Shown here: piece by piece, positions 53,151 through 64,000 of the stretch | How the letters are laid out: every line of letters begins with the position of its first letter | Numbering within the stretch: the first letter of the stretch is position 1 | NCBI GenBank assembly: GCA_047947115.1 | Contig: CP170459.1 | Span: 2,688,001-2,752,000 of the forward strand | From: Verrucomicrobiota bacterium | Lineage (GTDB): Bacteria; Verrucomicrobiota; Verrucomicrobiia; Limisphaerales; AAA164-E04 | Direction: 5' to 3' | DNA length: 64,000 bases | Notes under the pieces: model-generated | What the model saw: only the letters and a program-made list of their open reading frames with translations | Told to the model about the DNA's origin: nothing | Databases searched by the model: none | Program-made: the position numbers and the translations under genes

Positions 53151-53205
53151 GTTTTCCCGGAGAAGCTGGCAAATTCCCATGGAATTCAGTGCGGAATCAT
53201 TCCGG

Positions 53206-53934
53206 CTATTTTCCTGTCCCCAGTGGATGCCATTGATCCACTGGATTCGGATCTGAAGCATAGGTGGTTTCAAACCTTTCAACGGACGCATGTCCGTCCG
53301 CATATCCATAGACGGATCGATCATCCTTTCCATGCCTGTCTTTGTCGACCGAGGATGTCATGCCCTGATCCCAGAAATGTGCCATGATGTGATCGGCTCC
53401 ATCGGCGACTTCACCTAACAGAATGGTTTCGGTCGGTTGGGGGAGGGAAGTTTGCTTCCTCCATGTCTTGGGACGCCCACGGTAGTCATCGGCTTCTTCC
53501 AGTTCGAAGTAAACATTCAACCCATAACTCCATCGGGCAAGCTTTCCTGCTTTGGGGCATCTGAACACACCGTTGTGAAGTGCTGACATGCCCTCGGATG
53601 ATTGGAGTGCTTCCAGCCCGACATAAGGCCGGACCGTGATTTCCCATGGGGGTTGATGATAGGCGAAGGAAGAGTGCTGACTTCTGGGGAACGTGTCTTC
53701 GAAATCATCGGCATACATACGGATGCCAAGACTCAAATGGCGGATGTTATTAAGACATTGAATCCGTGAGGCACTGGTTTTTGCCTTGCTCAGTGCCGGA
53801 AGCAGCATGCCTGCCAAAATGGCAATAATGGCTATGACGACCAGCAATTCGATGAGTGTGAAACCGGAGCGCACGCACTTTTTATGAAAGCAAGTGCACC
53901 CATTCTGATCGGATTTGAATCGCATTAGATTCAT
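53206..53934 (-). CDS. Prepilin-type N-terminal cleavage/methylation domain protein with H-Xn-DG C-terminal motif
   Basis: [44 protein letters not shown]...YADGHA; ATGA overlap with the upstream gene. Confidence 0.9.
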   Translation of the reverse strand: MNLMRFKSDQNGCTCFHKKCVRSGFTLIELLVVIAIIAILAGMLLPALSKAKTSASRIQCLNNIRHLSLGIRMYADDFEDTFPRSQHSSFAYHQPPWEITVRPYVGLEALQSSEGMSALHNGVFRCPKAGKLARWSYGLNVYFELEEADDYRGRPKTWRKQTSLPQPTETILLGEVADGADHIMAHFWDQGMTSSVDKDRHGKDDRSVYGYADGHASVERFETTYASDPNPVDQWHPLGTGK

Positions 53935-54770
53935 TCTGCTTCTTCGTGTGATACCAGGCGAAAGAACATTCCTTGATACGAATGGTCCAGAATAACCGTG
54001 GCGTTTCCATCAATCATCACCGGCGTTTGATGCATGGGTTGCCATTCTCCTGACTCAAGATCTGTGGTCGACTGAAGATGGTAATGCCCGACAGGCTGTG
54101 GCCAACTTAGTACGATTTTCTGTGAAATACCTAATGCCGGAACGACGTCCGAATGCTCGGCTGTCCATAAAAGGGTGAAGGTGATTCCTCCGATGTCTGC
54201 TCGTCGTTTCCCTGAGTCCAGATCCACGACAAAGGCTTCGAAATCAGCCGACAATGGGCCGCTGCCTTGAAGCGCTGCGAAGGCCGGATGAAACATGCGC
54301 ATATCCCATTCGAAGATCTTGCTGGAATCATGTGTGCCGAACATGGGGGTCCAGATTTGTTCGTCATCACTGATGCTTCGATAGGTGTAGGCCTCCAAAC
54401 CGTGATCTGCTGAAACCAATTGGATCCAAATCGCCGTCCCAAGTGGGAGCAGATCGCTGGCTCCGTCCATGACAAAGCCGTATTGTCGATTGAATGCTTT
54501 CCCCTGGTGGTCGGGATCCAGGTCCTCATACCAAGGGGAGGTTGGATGGAAGTGCATGTCGGGATGACTTTCCTCCAAAGGTGTCAAATGGGGAATTTCG
54601 GAAGGCATGGTCACCATCAAGTGACCGTGTTCAGCCATATAACGAATGGCGGGCATGACCATGCCTCCCTGCATGGGGACTGAACCAAGTTGCGTTTCCT
54701 GTGCCTGTAAGTTGACGACAGTTGAAGCCGCAATAAGGGTCGATGTGACGATAAATGTGCTTAAATTCAT
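53931..54770 (-). CDS. Exported Met/His-rich hypothetical protein with C-terminal sorting-like domain
   Basis: Signal peptide; [38 protein letters not shown]-terminal LSW...LQSTTDL...W...FFRL. Confidence 0.75.
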   Translation of the reverse strand: MNLSTFIVTSTLIAASTVVNLQAQETQLGSVPMQGGMVMPAIRYMAEHGHLMVTMPSEIPHLTPLEESHPDMHFHPTSPWYEDLDPDHQGKAFNRQYGFVMDGASDLLPLGTAIWIQLVSADHGLEAYTYRSISDDEQIWTPMFGTHDSSKIFEWDMRMFHPAFAALQGSGPLSADFEAFVVDLDSGKRRADIGGITFTLLWTAEHSDVVPALGISQKIVLSWPQPVGHYHLQSTTDLESGEWQPMHQTPVMIDGNATVILDHSYQGMFFRLVSHEEAE

Positions 54771-54920
54771 GTATATTTATGGTTTTGTTTGATTTTTAAT
54801 GGCTTGAAGCCTGCGAGTCCTCGGGTGATGACTGCAGATGTCGCCTCGTGGCCCTACCGATTCAAAGGAGGCCAGGGTACACGAAACTATGTAGAGGCTT
54901 GGTTGCCTCCAATGTGTTGA

Positions 54921-55301
54921 TCACGACAAAACCAAACGGGGAGGGGGAAGGTCGGGAGGCGCGCGTAACGTTGTGAACCCGCGCACCACAGGAGAGGTGT
55001 CTTTCTGGACATTGGGTGCCATCAGAGCAATGGCAGATCCCTGGTGAAAGAGGTCCAGTTTGATGTTGGATTTGAGGAAGTCTTGATGTGATTCCTGTTT
55101 CTTACCTTCCCGGACGAGTCGGCAGATTTCGCAGGAAGTTTCGGAATCAAAAGTTTTTGATATGGCGCTGATCAAGGATCGATCTTGGGAAAAATCCAGG
55201 ATCATGTTCGCCCACCCAATTGTCTGCAACAGCCCCCAATGGCCACCAATACTGATGGTCAGGCTTACGACAACGATGAATCTGGCGAACAAGTGACGCA
55301 C
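54921..55301 (-). CDS. DUF2946-like small protein (N-terminal hydrophobic segment, CxxC, Pro-rich RAPP C-terminus)
   Basis: GGHWGLLQTIGWANM, FDxxxxCEIC, LRAPPDLPPPR. Confidence 0.7.
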   Translation of the reverse strand: MRHLFARFIVVVSLTISIGGHWGLLQTIGWANMILDFSQDRSLISAISKTFDSETSCEICRLVREGKKQESHQDFLKSNIKLDLFHQGSAIALMAPNVQKDTSPVVRGFTTLRAPPDLPPPRLVLS

Positions 55302-55403
55302 TTCAGGTGAACACTGCTCCGACCGTCCTGTGTAGTCAAAGGAAATGTTTCAATTGAAGGTTAGTCCGATGCAGGAACTCTTCAAATTCAATCCTCAAGT
55401 TGA

Positions 55404-55715
55404 CTAAGCTGCGCTTAGAGGACGTATGCGTTTTACATCTTTGTGGATCGCTTTGCTGGCGTTCCATAGATCAACTGCTCGTTGTGCGTTTAGCCAGAAT
55501 TCAGGGCTATTGCCAAAAAGTCGCGCAAGCCGCAATGCCATCTCTGGACTTATTGATCGCCGTTCCCGTAAAAGTTCGTTAATGGACTGGCGTGACACGC
55601 CAATCGCATTCGCCAAACCGGAAACGGAAAGTTCGAAATCCGGCAAATAGTCTTCTCGCAACATCTCTCCTGGATGCGTCGGTCGGCGTTTGATTCCTGT
55701 GTTTGCTATTCCCAT
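55404..55715 (-). CDS. higA: HigA family antitoxin (HTH)
   Basis: PTHPGEMLREDYL, GVSRQSINEL, ISPEMALRLARLFGNSPEFWLNAQ. Confidence 0.93.
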   Translation of the reverse strand: MGIANTGIKRRPTHPGEMLREDYLPDFELSVSGLANAIGVSRQSINELLRERRSISPEMALRLARLFGNSPEFWLNAQRAVDLWNASKAIHKDVKRIRPLSAA

Positions 55716-55728
55716 GGCATCTTTTTTA

Positions 55729-56010
55729 TTAGTGATAATCACAGACTTCTACTTCGTATGCATCACCATCTTTAAATCTGAAACATATCCTCCACTGATC
55801 GTTGATGAAAATGGCATGCTGACCCTTTCTATCCCCGGCAAGGGCATGCAGTCGATTTCCTGGAGGGGAACGCAGATCGTCTAATTTGGATGCCAAGTCC
55901 ACATACTCAAGCTTTCTGCCGGCACGTTTTGCAACATCAGCAGGGAAGCGTTTTGCTTTCCCTGATTCATATAACTCCTTCGTGCGTCGATCAGCAAAGG
56001 TTGTGATCAC
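55729..56010 (-). CDS. higB: HigB (RelE/ParE superfamily) toxin
   Basis: ITTFADRRT, DLRSPPGNRLHALAGDRKGQHAIFINDQWRICFRF, EVCDYH; toxin-first gene order. Confidence 0.93.
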   Translation of the reverse strand: MITTFADRRTKELYESGKAKRFPADVAKRAGRKLEYVDLASKLDDLRSPPGNRLHALAGDRKGQHAIFINDQWRICFRFKDGDAYEVEVCDYH

Positions 56011-56044
56011 TGCCAAAGTGTAATGTATGGCGTGACAGTGTCAA
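56011..56044 (-). promoter_or_regulatory. higBA sigma70 promoter with overlapping palindromic operator
   Basis: Minus strand TTGACA-N16-TACACT, then 6 nt to the GTG start; imperfect palindrome TGTCACG-N5-CATTACA between the boxes. Confidence 0.7.
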
Positions 56045-56075
56045 TGTTTCCTTCTTTTGAAAAATAGATTTGCCA

Positions 56076-59000
56076 TTACGGCGCTATCGTCCACGGTCCG
56101 TTCACCGTGGGTGCCGTTTCCAGTGGTCCTTCCACCTGGATGAGGATGGTTGTTGGATCTTCTCCAAGGATGATCAGGTTTCGACCACGATAGAATCGGG
56201 CAGCCTCTGTGGCTTCGATGGAGAGTGTGCGAATGCTTGGTCCGACGACGGGTCCGTCGCATTCGTCCGGGATGCCGTTTCCGTCCAGATCATCGACAAA
56301 GCCCAGGGCAATTTCGTCCGCATCGAGGATGCCGTTCATGTTGCAGTCACCACTGCCGAATGGATCGCATTCGTCCGGTTTCATGTCGTCATTCAGATCA
56401 TTGGAAAATCCCGATTGAATGTCGCATCGATCCGGAATGCCGTTGCCGTTGCAATCGGCGACCAGACCTTCGGTAATGGCAAGGATGTCGTTGACCCCGT
56501 CTCCGTCGCAGTCTTCACCGCTCGGAATGCTTACCATGTATTCGCGAATGCTTTGGGTTTCTCCGTTTGCAAAGGTGGCGACTAGGTGGCCGATGCCGGA
56601 TGCGTGCGGTTGGAGTTGGATGCTGCGGAACTCGCCGCTTGCTTCATGTGTGATGGGTGTCGGACCGGATATCAGTTCACCATTTTCATTCACCCACGCA
56701 GTCAACACTGCCGCTTCGTCCGCTCCTTCGATCCATGCAAGGAGATAGGTGTTGATCCCATCGATTTGTAACGGCAGGACATTGATGTCGTTGCCCGGTG
56801 TGAATAGTGTCGTGGATGGCATGGGGGTAAACTGGCCGCTGTCTGCATCCCATTGATGCAAGGTGATCGATTGATCTTCCATGATGCCAGCCGTGATCAG
56901 ATTTCCCTGATGGCCCTGGTGCACGTCGAAGGGTGAGCGAATGTTTGAAAGAGCGAGACTTGGGGACGGCCAAGTCGCTCCATTCCAGTCCAGAGTATAA
57001 AGTTCATTGGCAGGATTGGAGACGCTGAGTTTGGCGGCGATTTCATCCACCGCGTTGAGTTCATAATGGACCCATTCACCGTTTGCGAGCGCCAGATCGG
57101 GTCCCACCCAGACCCCGTTAATAAAGGACATGGTATGGAGGGAACGGTTCCGACCCAGCGGACCTTCATCTGTGATGAAAAATGCCGCCATGGCACCGGT
57201 GCCGATGGATGTCAGGTCCAATTGATAAATGGCGTCTTCGGAGGACATCAATTCCACGGGGGTGCTCCATTGTCGACCGGAAGGATCCGATTGCAGTGAT
57301 TTCAAAACCGTCGAGGGGTAGGGGGTGAGGATATCGGTGTCTTCCAGTTCGCTCCAGACGACCAACCATGAACCGTCTGCAAGTTGTTCGGAAGCGACGG
57401 AGACCATGCCATGGGACCGGGCGAGTTCCTGGGGTGCCTGCCATCCATTGTCAGTCATTTGACTCATCAGGAGGGTCATTTCACCTGTTTCTGGATCGGT
57501 GCCGGTGTAGACCAGAGAGGTGCCGTTTCCTGATGAAAAGTCCATGTGACCCGCATCATAGAAATCCTTCACGAGTGTTCCACCCGTGCCGACGAATTGT
57601 GACGGCAGGGCGGTCATGGGAGTGATGATGATGGATGAGGTGTTTAATGGAGTTAAATCAAAGGTCGGCACGGAAGCACGTTCGATGTTGAAAGTAAGCA
57701 GGTCGTATTGCCAGGATTTGCTGATACTGGTGACGTACAGGTTTAACTTGGCTGAGAAGACAAAACTGATGGCTCCTGTGATTTTCTTGACGAGAGGTTG
57801 TCGCCCCAGATCGTTGATATCGATAAACACTCCGTCCACATCCGACTGTCCTTTTGGGGCTCCGAGTTGAACCTTGCCAGATGCAGTGAGTGAATTATTG
57901 GCGATGCTTCCCTTGAGTCCCAACGCTACCCGGACGATTAATTTCTTCTCATTGGAGATCTTGGTGTTGTCCTTGATATCGGTGGCCACGTCATTGACCG
58001 TGCCAATCATGTTGTATCCGGGCGTGGTGGGGGGCGGATCGTTCCGGCCTGTCGTGGCCCCGAGATCGCGTCCTTTGGGGATGCTGTGCTCGAACTTGAC
58101 GGTCACCTTGGCACCCGTGGTCACTTCAAAAAATGCTTCCAGGCTGAGTGCGGTATAACCAAAAATATCCTCGATGGCTTCATTGAGTTCCTGAATGGGC
58201 TTACCGTATGGCAGCAGTTCGATGACGGGGGTAATATCGACACCGACACCCAGGTCAACGGTTCCCTGAGCTTCGAGGATGCCTGTGGACATGGACAGGC
58301 GATTCACGCCGGCGCTTCCTGAGTCAAAGGTCTGGCAGTTGGCGAACTTTGCGGAGATGCTCACCTTGGGCCCGCTGAAATTCACTCGATCACCGACGAG
58401 TTCCTTTGCTCGGGCCGCCAGTTTGGGAATGTATTTGTCCTTGGATCTTTCTTTGTCAATTTCGGCTTCATTGGCAAGAACGACCGCAATACATGCCTGA
58501 TTATCGCCCCCGGAAACCTCAAATTCTGCATCCACTCCCGCACCGCTGATCTTTAAGCCCATATATTTTGCAGCAAGCGACATCGGACCCCGCTGAGGGC
58601 TGTCTTCGCCGATGGGGAGTTCGATGCCCAGTACGTATTTGTAGGTTATATAGAGATTGTCTGCCAATAGATCCTCGGTGGGATTGAAGACATACCGGCT
58701 TTCGCTATCAGGCGCGGTGTTGATGGGCACCACCCCGATACGTGCTTCTATTTTTCCGGATTGAGCCAGTTTCAGGAATCGATCCCCAAAATTCTTGTTC
58801 AGTTCGCCGGTTCCTTGTCTTTGGGTGGTAGCTTGGGCTTCCTCGTCCTCATCCTCTTCAGGAGCACCAACGCTTGGAAGTGTGGATGCGGCTCCGACAA
58901 CTTCCAGAATGTTGGCAGCCCAACGTGGCATGGTCATCCCTCTCAACGGGGCGGCTTTTTTGGGACCATCGTCGCCGGGGACATCCGGTAGCTCATAATC

Positions 59001-62000
59001 ATGGAATGTCACTCCACCGTTTTTGGAGATCACCACCGCCATGGGTTTGAATTCACCTGCCGGCAGTTCCCAGAGTCGCAGTTTTCCTTCGAACTCATCA
59101 TCCTCGTTGATATCTCCTTTGAGGGCAATTTTATGAACCACATAATAAGGTTCACCATCTTTCTGTGCGCTGGATATTTCCGCCAGCCATTCCCGTGTCG
59201 TGACATAATTCACCGTTGATGGAATGCTTAAATCCCAAACTTGTTCATCGTTCACGCTTGGATTTTTGAAGAAGCGCTTGTCCACCAGCCAAACCTCTTC
59301 GATTTCGTCTCTGACTCTGCTTGTTTGATCAGGTGTGGCTTGTTCGTTTTCGCCCACAAAACCTGGTAATGTCAGCGAATAGCTTTGTGGGTCGGCTGCA
59401 ACTTTCCAGGTGGCAGTCAGTTTCCCGCGGCTTGCTTCCGGATTCAGACCTACTGAACTCAGGTTGCTGTCGGTAGCTTTGGTAACTCCGGGGATGAACA
59501 TGCCAAATCGGTTCAATGTAAACTTGGTGACCTCCGGTCCCGGGACTTTGCTCATGGTCAGGTTTTGATCAAGAAAATCCGGTTCGTCGAGATTGGTGGG
59601 CGCATATTTGATTCGGAGTGGTTTGTATCCTCTTCGGTTGATGTCCAGAAAAGTGGTCTGAGGAACAAGTCGCGCCACGGAAAATCGACCGTTGGCATCG
59701 GTAATGGCATTGCTGATGGGATTGCCATAACGGTTGCGTGCCACTATGGCGGCGCCGGGAATGTTTTCTCCGTCCTCGCCTTTCAGCGTTCCCGTGATCA
59801 ACATGGCTCGTTGCATGTTTACGGTAAGCCTGAGCAATCTTGCTTCGGGATCGATCACTTCAACTTTGCTGGGAGGCCAGAAAGCATACGTCCATTGCCC
59901 CGGTTTCTGTTCGGCTCCAGAAGGGTAGGGATTTCCCGTGAATGTGGATGTTTCCCCTGCTGGAAGGGTTTGAGGTGGATTCCCGTTGAAGCTTACTGTC
60001 ACGTTTGGAATCTGGCGATTGGGATCACCTGTGCTGACGGCTCGAATATCCAATTGATAATTCTTCAGATTTCCAACCTGAGTGCTCCCTGCCGAATTTC
60101 CCAAATAGATGGGGGAATTTGCCAGGGAGAAATTGTCAAGCGGCCCACCTATGATCGCACGTTCCAGATTTGCCGGGCCCGCCCCACCAACTTTAAACCA
60201 ACTGGCATTTTGTAGCCAGACAATGTAGTTGCCCTTTGGAATACCTTCCCCAAAAGCATAGACGAACACTTTGTTTCCGGTTGCCGAACTCATGAAGAAT
60301 TCCGGTCGTTGAAGGCCATGGTATACATATCCGTCGTCTGGCCCATCGTAGCGTGAGCTTTCTATGAACACTTCCCCTTTGTATTTCCAATCTGCTTCGA
60401 TGTTGAATTGTTCCGTGCAATGGGAAATACCTGGAAAAAAGTAAGTAGGGGTGAACGGTTCGACTCGGGGCAACACTCCCGGAGCATCCCAGCCCTCGAT
60501 TGAAAACTGCACGGGGGGAGCGTCGTAATCTTCATGGATGAGTTCCAAGGTGTAGTCGCCGGGCAGCAGATATTTCATCAGGAAAAAATTGTCACTTCGC
60601 ATGGTTGTTTCCAGAGTGACTGGTCCTGTGACCCGGATGCGGGCATCGGTGGCCAGGAGGTGCTTGTAAGGAAATGTTTGGAGTCCGGTGCCGTCTTCGT
60701 TCATTCTGAGAACCTGGTTTCCGAAAGGTTCATTGGTTGTGTTGATTCGTCCGCCTGTATGGATGTAGTGCCGATGCACAAACAGATCCAATTGATAATG
60801 GTGGGATGAATCAAACCGCAATCCCGCCTTGTGGTGGCCGAATTCAAAATTGCCGTAAGGCCAGGTGTCGGGATAAGGCCACCCGGATTCCACGGGAGGG
60901 ATGCCGCCGGTCAAATCTCCGAATTCGACGTTGTGTCCTGCGTAGCCATTCATGGTCGGGATCTTTACCCCATAGATGCCGGGGAGAATGGTGGCGGTGT
61001 AATTGCCTGCTTCATCGGTGTCGACGCTCAATACTTTGTGCGTATCGTCCAACTGTTGAATGATTTGGTGTTCGATGAACTCGATGCCATCGTGAGCGAT
61101 TTGATAAAAGACACGGTTGGGTTCGGAATAACAAGGTTCGAAATCCAGATTGCCATTTGTGTCGGTGGCCCACAGGCGCCCTTGGATGGTGGCCGGAATG
61201 GGGTTCAGATCGATGAACGCGGTCTCTGTTTTCCCTGGATCCACTTCAGCATAGGTTTCTTGGGGGAAGAATTTGATGTGAAACGCCTCAGGACCTTGTA
61301 ATGGTCCTGACTGACTTGGAAGGTTTTGGAGTGTTGCTTCGTGCACGACCTGCAGCCAATACCTTCCAGGCATTAAATTTTCGAACAATACTTTGACGAA
61401 CAATCCATCCTCGTCCAGAGCGGTCATGGCCTCTCGCGTGATGCCTTCAGCACTGGAACCATCCACCCCTCGAAGTACAACGCGGGCGCCTTCCAGAATG
61501 TCCGTGTTCTCATAGGGTGAATCAAGGATCACCTCCACTTTGGTGGGCAACAAGTCGAGTTGGTGCTGATTTTTGCAAAACCACCCGCGGGTTGTTGCCG
61601 GATTTCGAATTCCTTGGGTTCATATCCCAGCTTGGCGACGGACAGTTTGTAAGGAATTCCCACCAAATTCGTATAGGCGTGTTTTCCGGCAGTGTCCGTT
61701 AACATGGTGGTTTGAGGTAGCACAACACTGTCGAATTGAAAATCGTAACCGGTCATCTGCAGCACCACATCACGCATCGGCGCGTTTTCCTCCTCATTGA
61801 CAGGGTTATATCCTTTGACCTCCACTTCCATGCCTGTGCGAATGGGTTTCATGTAAACGCCGGCCATGTGATCCCGAATCAGCCTGAGCTTGTCGCCTGC
61901 TATGGGGCCCAGGGACGGATCGGGTGTGTAGACGATATCTTCCCAACCGGTACGTCTCATGGTGAACCGATAGAATCCGTTCTCCAAAAACTGGATGGAT

Positions 62001-62248
62001 CCTTTGCACAGTTCATTTGCATTCGCCCGGAAAACGCTGTCCGCATTGCCTGAAATGGTTCCGTCCGGCAACCAATATTCGGCTTCGATTTGAGCACCTT
62101 CCAACGGTACCATGGTGGCGAGATCATAAACCTCAAAATCCACATCAAAGACGGGCGTGACATTGGCCTGGGTAAGGCGGATGAGTTTGTGGGGTTTGTC
62201 AGCTTGATCCTCAACAACGTGCCTCCTCTTAACACGATACGACATCAT
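56076..62248 (-). CDS. Very large exported protein (carboxypeptidase-regulatory-like beta-sandwiches, C-terminal DCNxNGxxDxCD repeats), frameshifted near 61570
   Basis: ORF 61529..62248 joins the 1825-aa ORF (alternate frame NQHQLDLLPTKVEV). TDEAGNY and TDANGRF-type repeats; four DCxxxGxxD repeats at about 56260-56520. The 5' end is also disrupted. Confidence 0.65.
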
Positions 62249-62414
62249 CTTGGCGCATTCACATAGAGATTGACAAGTTTAATACACGAAAAGAAATCCC
62301 GCGACCCTATGATCCAACATGAGGTATTCGGGTGCTTCGGAATGTTTCACACTGATCCGGCCCTGACACGAAAATGAGCTTAACAGCTGAGTATTTGTTG
62401 ATTATCCTCGAGGC

Positions 62415-64000
62415 ATGATGCATTCCGATCGATTTCATTTACGCATATTCCAATTGGTATTGGTTCTACTGTTACCGGTTCAAATCACCCAAGGCGCGGA
62501 TTTGGGGGATTTGAAACCCGTTGAACAATGGGAACCGGTTGCCTCAGGTGTCTGGAGGGCTGAGTTGGGGGAAATGCAGGGAGAAATTCGTTACTCGGAC
62601 CTTGCGGCCGCTCCTCCACGGTTGGATGCTTTGAATGAATTGTCGGAAGCGACTTTTCCATTTGCCGGCGGCTCCGTTGGATATCTGGCTGAGAACGGCC
62701 ATCAGGTTATGGTGCGTATTCCAACTAGTCCCGATGAAACCTTGTACGGATTTGGATTGCAGTTGGACGGGATCAAACATTCACGAAAGGTCATGACCTT
62801 GAACGTTGATCATTGGAGTAAGGGAGGGGGGAGAACGCATGCTCCTGTGCCCTTTTATATCTCAAGTAAAGGGTATGGTGTGTTTTTCAATACGGCCCGG
62901 TTTTTAAAGATCTACAATCAGGTTGGTAATCGCAAGGATTCCCTCAACAACCCTTCCGAAGTCGATCGTAATCCTCCCGAGGACGAACCCCAACCCGGTC
63001 CATGGCTGGCCCAACCACCCGGAGACTCGGTGGAGGCACAGGTCAACGGTCCGGGACTGGAATTGTTGGTGTTTTCCGGAAGCACCATCCTCGAAGTGGT
63101 GCAACGCTATAACCTCTATCATGGCGGGGGAACATTGCCCCCACTTTGGGGATTGGGATTCTGGCATCGTGTACATGCCGAGTTCAACGCAGATCAGGTG
63201 CGTCAGGAGCTTGCTGATTTTGAAGAAAAGAATTTTCCTGTGGATGTGATCGGGTTGGAACCGGGGTGGATGACCAAGTCCTATCCTTGCACCTTCGAGT
63301 GGCAGACCAAGCGTTTTCCGGACCCCGAAGGGTTCACCCGTGAGTTGCTGAACAAGGGCATCCGATTAAACCTATGGGAAAACCCCTACATTTCCAAGAA
63401 CAGCCGTTTGTATGAACGTATGTTTCCACTCTCGGGATCGCATCTGGTTTGGCTGGGGATCGTACCTGATTACACCATACCGGAAGCAAGGCGTTTGCTG
63501 GCCGAGCAACATGGCGAAGATCACATCGCCATCGGGATCAGCGGATATAAAATCGACGAAGTGGACGGATACGATTTCTGGTTGTGGCCGGATCATGCAA
63601 CGTTTCCATCAGGCGTATCCGGAGAGGCCATGCGTCAATCGTATGGCCTGCTCATGCAGAACATGCTCTACCAGGATCTGTTCAAGCAACGCAATGTCCG
63701 CACTTATGGGTTGGTGCGTGCGGCGAATGGTGGCGCTTCGGGGTATCCTTTTGTCATTTACAGTGACGCTTATCGGCACAAGGAATATTTGACCGGTATG
63801 GCGACGTCGAGTTTGTGTGGGATTCTTTGGACACCGGAAGCGCGGTCCGCTTCGAATGATCGCGAGTGGTTGAACCGAATGCAGACAACTTGTTTTTCGG
63901 CTCTGGCACAATTGAATGCCTGGTCATCCGGTAAGAAACCTTGGAGTTATGATTCCGTGACCGATGCAGTCCGGGAATCGATTCGACTGCGGATGCAATT
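62415..64000 (+). CDS. Glycoside hydrolase family 31 (runs off window end)
   Basis: Absent from the ORF track because it has no stop in the window. My translation gives a signal peptide, ETLYGFGLQ, HAPVPFYISSKGYGVFFNT, LPPLWGLGFWHR, FPVDVIGLEPGW, LNLWENPY and GYKIDEVDG. Confidence 0.88.
   Translation, partial: MMHSDRFHLRIFQLVLVLLLPVQITQGADLGDLKPVEQWEPVASGVWRAELGEMQGEIRYSDLAAAPPRLDALNELSEATFPFAGGSVGYLAENGHQVMVRIPTSPDETLYGFGLQLDGIKHSRKVMTLNVDHWSKGGGRTHAPVPFYISSKGYGVFFNTARFLKIYNQVGNRKDSLNNPSEVDRNPPEDEPQPGPWLAQPPGDSVEAQVNGPGLELLVFSGSTILEVVQRYNLYHGGGTLPPLWGLGFWHRVHAEFNADQVRQELADFEEKNFPVDVIGLEPGWMTKSYPCTFEWQTKRFPDPEGFTRELLNKGIRLNLWENPYISKNSRLYERMFPLSGSHLVWLGIVPDYTIPEARRLLAEQHGEDHIAIGISGYKIDEVDGYDFWLWPDHATFPSGVSGEAMRQSYGLLMQNMLYQDLFKQRNVRTYGLVRAANGGASGYPFVIYSDAYRHKEYLTGMATSSLCGILWTPEARSASNDREWLNRMQTTCFSALAQLNAWSSGKKPWSYDSVTDAVRESIRLRMQ

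Noticed and set aside
1..64000. Intact IS, integrase, prophage or anti-phage defence system
   Set aside because: No transposase, recombinase, phage structural, RT or nuclease-type defence motifs recognised apart from higBA.

Overview
Bacterial chromosomal window of moderate GC. It most resembles Verrucomicrobiota (Pedosphaera/Limisphaerales-like); this is inferred from gene content such as the prepilin/H-X9-DG protein, Tat-exported Gfo/Idh/MocA enzymes, PQQ-like propeller, futalosine-pathway mqnD and large surface proteins with a shared C-terminal domain. Ordinary genes include two DUF1593 paralogues, glpF-glpK, a class B PBP, metallophosphoesterase, acylphosphatase, mqnD, tRNA-Leu(TAG), an NCS2 permease, VanZ, aldolases, Hsp20, alpha-2-macroglobulin, higBA and a GH31 running off the right end. 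The most interesting candidates are: (i) a CxxC+RAPP (DUF2946/CruR/CutF-like) putative arrest-peptide ORF heading a His/Met-rich exported protein and a pilin-like protein, a possible metal-responsive translational control cassette; (ii) a DUF58-vWA-ABC binding protein-permease::NHL fusion-vWA operon with no ATPase; (iii) a membrane protein carrying the ParB N-terminal LGRGL peptide; (iv) a C-terminal sorting-like domain shared by four unrelated exported proteins, permuted in one; (v) a hybrid kinase lacking its phospho-His. Four large genes are interrupted by frameshifts or an in-frame TAG, which may be decay, phase variation or assembly error. All calls are by eye from motifs; no database searches were run.
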